From the human T2T-CHM13v2.0 reference genome, Homo sapiens, in the NCBI RefSeq assembly GCF_009914755.1, contig NC_060928.1: 64,000 nt of DNA, one strand, 5' to 3'. Numbering within the stretch: the stretch's first letter is position 1; each line of letters starts with the position of its first letter. Below, in pieces: positions 56,151 through 64,000 of this stretch. The notes beneath the pieces were generated by a model. The model did not search any database. It saw only the letters and a program-made list of their open reading frames with translations, and was not told where the DNA came from. The position numbers were made by a program, and so were the translations under genes.

Positions 56151-56812
56151 TTCTAGTCTGTGCTAACCTCTAACAATTTCACTGCTTTCAGCCAAGGTTA
56201 CAGTACAACTAATAAAAGCAGCAGACAGAAGTAAAGGTGAAGATCAAAACAGAACAAATTTATAGCAAATGTGTTAGGGTAGAGAACATTTTAATGTTAT
56301 TATCCTAAAAGGAATCTTTAGACTGATAAAAGCTATGGTATTTAACTGTCATGGCTATAATGGCCTTAGCTATAACTTTTGAATCTCAGTGGGAATGGTA
56401 GGGGAATAACTGTATTGCACAACTAGTAACTTACCTTTTCTTATATTTCTCCAAGAGAGGCTGTTCATTAAATTACTTTAAATAAATATCTGGTGTGATT
56501 GCAGACAACATGATTCAAATTAAAAAGTAAGGCAGATAAAAACTGTCACACATTATTGAGAAAAGCAATTACAAAAAACAGCACTAGAATAGGTTCCAAA
56601 TTATGACTCGAAAAATAATAAAAATATGTTATATATATGAAAAAGATAGGAAAATCAATTAAGGGCATAGGATTATGGAATATCTTTAATAAGTGTCTGA
56701 ATACTTATACTGAGTACACATTACTTTTATATTCAGAAAAAGAAATAAGGATATATTTGCAATATTCTTCAAAAAAGAAAGCAAAAAGTCACGTGGAAAG
56801 CTCTCCAACTCA

Positions 56813-57250
<438 letters not shown>

Positions 57251-57276
57251 TTCACAAGTGGTTTTCCTAAATTTTA

Positions 57277-57316
57277 TTTTATTTATTTATTTTTTTAAAT
57301 GTCCCACAAATATTTT

Positions 57317-57357
<41 letters not shown>

Positions 57358-58859
57358 ACTTTAAGTTCTAGGGTACATGTGCACAACGTGCAGATTTGTT
57401 ACATAGGTATACATGTACTATGTTGGTTTGCTGCACCCATCAACTCGTCATTTACATTAGGTATTTTTCCTAATGCTATCCTTCCCCAAGGCCCCAGTGT
57501 GTGATGTTCCCCACCCTGTGTCCATGTGTTCTCATTGTTCAACTCCCACTTATGAGTGAGAACATGTGATGTTTGGTTTTCTGTCCTTGTGATAGTTTGC
57601 TGAAAATGATGGTTTCCAGCTTCATCCATGTCCCTGCAAAGGACATGTACTCATCCTTTTTTATGGCTGCATAGTATTCCATGGTATATATGTGCCACAT
57701 TTTTTTTTTTTAATTATACTTTAAGTTCTAGGATACATGTGCACAACGTGCAGATTTGTTACATATGTATACATGTGCCATGTTGGTGTGCTGCACCCAG
57801 TAACTCATCATTTACATTGGGTATATCTCCTAATGCTTTCCCTCCCCCCTTCCCCTGCCCCACAACAGGCCCCAGTGTGTGATGTTCCCCTTCCTGTGTT
57901 CAAGTGTTCTCATTGTTCAATTCTCACCTGTGAGTGAGAACATGCAGTGTTTGGTTTTTCGTTCTTGGAATAGTTTGCTGAGAATGATGGTTTCCAGCTT
58001 CATCCGTGTCCCACAAAGGACATGAACTCATCCTTTTTTATGGCTGCATAGTATTCCATGGTATATATGTGCCACATTTTCTTAATCCAGTCTATCATTG
58101 ATGGACATTTGGGTTGGTTCCAAGTCTTTGCTATTGTGAATAGTGCCGCAATAAACATACGTGTGCATGTGCCTTTATAGCAGCATGATTTATAATCCTT
58201 TGGGTATATACCCAGTAATGGGATAGCTGGGTCAAATGGTATTTCTAGTTCTAGATCCTTAAGGAATCACCACACTGTCTTCCACAATGGTTGAACTAGT
58301 TTACCAGCAGTGTAAAAGTGTTCCTATTTCTCCACATTCTCTCCAGCACCTGTTGTTTCCTGACTTTTTAATGATCGCCGTTCTCACTGGTGTGAGATTA
58401 ATTCAAGATGGATTAAAGATTTAAATGTTAGACCTAAAACCATAAAAACCCTAGAAGAAAACCTAGGCAATACTATTCAGGACATAGGCATGGGCAAGGA
58501 CTTCATGTCTAAAACACCAAAAGCAATGGCAACAAAAGCCAAAATTGACAAATGGGATCTAATTAAACTAAAGAGCTTCTGTACAGCAAAAGAAACTACC
58601 ATCAGAGTGAACAGGCAATCTACAGAATGGGAGAAAATTTTTGCTATCTACCCATCTGACAAAGGGCTAATATCCAGAATCTACAAAGAACTCAAACAAA
58701 TTTACAAGAAAAAAACAAACAACCCCATCAAAAAGTGGGCAAAGGATATGAGCAGACACTTCTCAAAAGAAGACATCTATGCAGCCAACAGACACATGAA
58801 AAAATGCTCATCATCACTGGCCATCAGAGAAATGCAAATCAAAACCACAATGAGATACC
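57277..58859 (-). mobile_element. Composite L1PA insertion: two tandem L1 3' ends (minus strand) plus an inverted ORF2 segment (58399-58859, plus strand)
   Basis: Two L1 3'UTRs begin at ~57355 and ~57715. ORF 58490-58900 is L1 ORF2 ([22 protein letters not shown]...TTMRY). TSD cctaaatttta at 57266-57276 and 58858-58868. Confidence 0.93.
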
Positions 58860-59744
58860 TAAATTTTAATAAATTTACTTTTCCATTATCAAAGCAGTAA
58901 AGCAACATTTTAAAAGTCTGGAAAATAGATGCAGGAATTCCAAATCCCACTATTTAACACAAGTATTGTCATTTTATATATTCCCTTACAGCATTTTTGT
59001 ATGTGTATTTTGCATGGTTGCCACCATGGTAAATATAAAATTTTATGATCAGGCTTTTTTTTTTACATAATATTACTACATTGTTCTTTTTGCTACATAG
59101 ACTTCATATATTTTATTTTTAAATGGCTGTATATTATTGCATTAAGTAAATATCCTGATTTAGTTCATCATTCCTCAGTTACTGGAATGAATTTCTTAAA
59201 TATTTATTGACTATTTCTACAAGGCCTACAACCTATAGATTATATCTCTATCTACACTTACATAGATAAGTACAGAGAGTACACAAAGACTTTATAATGA
59301 CCATCTCCATTAATTTTTTTAAATGCAAGTGTCTTTAAAACATATTTCCAGCACTGGACTAGATATTTTCGCATATTTTCTTTCATCTTATCCTTAAACT
59401 AACCCTGCAGCATCAGGCTAACAATCTCTATTATGAGAATAAAATAAAATACAATAAGGAAGGCAAAGGAAGTATATAGGCAATATTTAAGTAGTTAAAT
59501 ATCAACCCAAATCTGACATCAAAATCTTAGGACGAGCTGTCTTTCTAAAATGTACTTTTCAAATCACTTTTTATTAGAAATAAAGGATAATGTAACCCTG
59601 TAGTACTGAGACATTTTAGAATCTAAGCATAAAGACTTTGATGTTCTGTTTGGCCAGTATGGTATTTTATAAATTTGTGAACAAGAGCATCTAACAGTAA
59701 AGCACATACCATGCAGCTAGCCACAGTCCTTACCCCTCACCTCA

Positions 59745-59912
59745 TGCACATGTGTGCATGTACACATGCACACACATATGAACACACACAAATACACAGA
59801 AACACAACCACACAACACACACACAAGCACACATGCACATCATACAAACACACACTTATAGACACTCAACCACATACGCACACAGACACAAACATACACA
59901 CAAATACACACA
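59745..59912. repeat. Degenerate (CA)n low-complexity tract
   Basis: Directly visible. Confidence 0.85.
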
Positions 59913-61187
59913 GTGTTATAGTACCTTTAGGCTATCTACCTGGCCTTTGAAGGCATCTGAGTTTGCGTCCCCTTTGTTAGCATTTTAACCAAAGAGAGGG
60001 GATACCTGTTAGGACACTGGGAAGCAGCTGAAGTAAATCTATAATCTGCACAAAATTAATAAATTTGGGAGATAATGCTGTTCGTAGCAGTAGATAGGTG
60101 ATTACTGGGAGTATTAAATTAACCAAATATATTTACAATGAGATATGCAAAATTTATATTTGTATTTGTTCTGCTTTGAAGATTATGCCTGTTATGATAT
60201 TGCCCCAGACAAAAAACTGGCAGGATAACAACATGGTCATGAAATCAATAATTCATATTTGTGAAGACAATTCTAACCTTTTAAGTACTTTTACATCTGT
60301 AGTACAAGACTCAGGAACAAAAATAAGAGCAATTAAAATGATCTATAAGAACAACCAAAACTGAAATGGCCACATAACCAAACCGTATAGTTTTTAAGAG
60401 CTCATACTGAAACATCAAAGGAAAAACATTTTTAAAAGAAGATTTCATTATATTGCATTCGCAGAAACCTCTTCCAGTTATTGTCTAATCCTAAATAATT
60501 TCACTCATTGTTTAATTCTTTGTTTACCTAGATGATGTCAAAAGGGTTTCCTCCCTTGAGGGACTGATACATTTCCCAAACACTTAGGGACCTGGAGACC
60601 CCCACAAGTTGCCTCACGTTCTAATTAAGTTTACCTTGCAATATTTGGAACACAGTAAATATTCTAAGAAAACCATTTTAGGATATTATAATCTGATTTT
60701 AGACAATTCTCATCCATTTTTATGGCTTTTGTAATTATTACAGATAATTATGAGTGAACCATTTTTTAAAACCTTATATTTCCTTTATGCCCTATGTAAA
60801 AACTAGCACTGTGATCATTTAATATTAGCACAGATTCATATCTAATTGGCATCCATGTTGATTGGATTATAAATTCATCTTTTTCAAATCTTGAATTAAA
60901 GCACTCAGAAACATCAATTCATAATAGCATGCAGGAGAAATAACTACATTGAGTAATTTGGGCATTTGTCATCTGAGAAATTAGAAGTGAACAAACTGCA
61001 TCCACATTAAATGATACATACAAAGGTGGACATGAGAAGTACTCGTCTTATATTAATCTTATATGTGCTCTGTATGCACATGCCTTCAGATGCTGGATAA
61101 CAGAAATCCTGCTTTCTGACTATTCTAAAGCAATCTTCTGCATGCCAGAATAGCTAACCAAATTGAGTCTAGGAAGTGATTGGATTC

Positions 61188-62565
<1,378 letters not shown>

Positions 62566-64000
62566 TGATATTCTTATTTCTATATTTCATAACAGCGAAG
62601 CAAGTAACTATTACCTTTGCAGAGTTGGGTTGCCTCATTTAAAAAAAGAACAAAAAAGAAAAATGAAATTAGAAGACATCTAGCTTTTTAAACCATATTC
62701 TCCACCAACTCAGCCAGACAAAGGCAGTTTGGTCCATAAAAAGATGCTTTCCATCCTAAGCAGCAGTGAAAGGGCCCCTTTGCCAGCAAGTCTGGTACCC
62801 TCTTGCAAAGCTGTATGCACCTCCCGGTGCATAATAAGAACAAAGAAAAACAGAAACAAAAGCAGGGTGACTGAATGACTCTCCTCTTCCATTCATGATC
62901 ATGTCTGTTGTCACCACTAATCCTCAAAAGCCAAAATTAGACATTAGGATGGTGGTCTTCAAACAACTAGGACAAGTTCACATCAAACTATCTAGGAAGC
63001 ATTTTTTATGTTTTCAGCCTCAAACATATCAGAATATGTGAATGAAGAAGTGAAGCAGGTAGGATTAAATTCAACTGTATACAACATACAAGTGAAAATA
63101 AGGGGGACTTTACACAGAAGAAGTTCGGAGAAAAGTAGTCTAGAGTAGGTATGGTTGCTCCATGGTCATCAGAGATCCTGCTCTTTCCTTCTCTCTGGCT
63201 GCCTTTCTCAGCACAAGCTTCCGTCGTCACTATGGACTAATGTCCAAGGGGGCTTCTGGAGCTGGGGCCATTGAGACCATGCAGGCAGCAGGAAAGAGGA
63301 AGGCAGAAATGGCAATAGGGGATGCTCTAGCACATCTGCCTCTTCAGGAGTCTTCTTGGAGATCCTGTCTGGTAGCTTCAGCTTTTAATTCATCAGCAAG
63401 GGAGTCTAGGAAAAGTAATGTCTCAGACACACTATTCTGAATAAAATTAGTTTGGTTCCATAAAGACCTAGGGAATATGTGTGTTGTAAGAGCTTACTGA
63501 GGGATCCTAATATTAATACTTCCTAACCCCTTGAGAACCACTGCAAAAGAAACAGTTTCCTGGAGAATTTTCTTGAGTAGGCCATCCCAAAGAAATTAAC
63601 TGAAGGACATATTTGTCTTTTCTCCCGGCATCCATTCTGCCTGTTCTCAACAACATCCCAGATTTTGATGTGAGCATCGAGCCCTGCCCTACTCTCAGTC
63701 TATATGGTCCAGGTGCAGGCCCATCTTTAACCCTAGGGATAAGTCAAATGATCCCAGCCTAAACCTCATTAGCATGTATCCTGTTGGCCAAGTAATTAGT
63801 TCAAGGGTAAGCATATGACCTAAGCCTATTCAATCAGAATGCGTCTCAAGACTTTTACTAGAATGTAAACTCAACAAAAATAAGGACCTTACCTTTCTCA
63901 TTTCCACTGCTTCCTCACATCTAAAACTGTCTGGAATAAAGTACATGCTTAATAAATATGATTGGATGTTAAATATCTGAAAATGGAGCTAGAGATTAGA

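Noticed and set aside
56429-56437. Perfect minus-strand splice donor AAG|GTAAGT in unique sequence
   Set aside because: I saw no convincing paired acceptor or coding frame, and a single 9-mer is expected by chance in a window this size.

Overview
This is primate, almost certainly human, genomic DNA. The only protein-coding content I can support is the 5' end of ANXA5 (annexin A5) on the minus strand. It consists of a CpG-island promoter, non-coding exon 1 (donor at 8889/8890), a 238-nt intron 1, and a 44-nt exon 2 (8651-8608) encoding Met-Ala-Gln. Intron 2 runs off the left edge of the window. The other ~55 kb is repeat-rich upstream intergenic DNA: more than 20 Alus, L1, L2, L3, MIR, MaLR/ERVL/ERV1 solo LTRs, MER20 and a MamSINE1. 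The long ORFs in the track are GC-rich or repeat artefacts, or L1 ORF2 remnants. I see no new multi-gene system. The most notable smaller observations are a composite L1 insertion with 5' inversion and 3' transduction, a locally templated 105-bp insert inside an Alu, a decayed C2H2 zinc-finger array, a 37-bp-arm hairpin split by an Alu, a CpG-rich distal enhancer candidate with tandem ARE/AP-1 sites, and a candidate 29-nt poison exon in ANXA5 intron 2. Repeat family names come from my recall of consensus sequences, not from a database search, and repeat boundaries are approximate.
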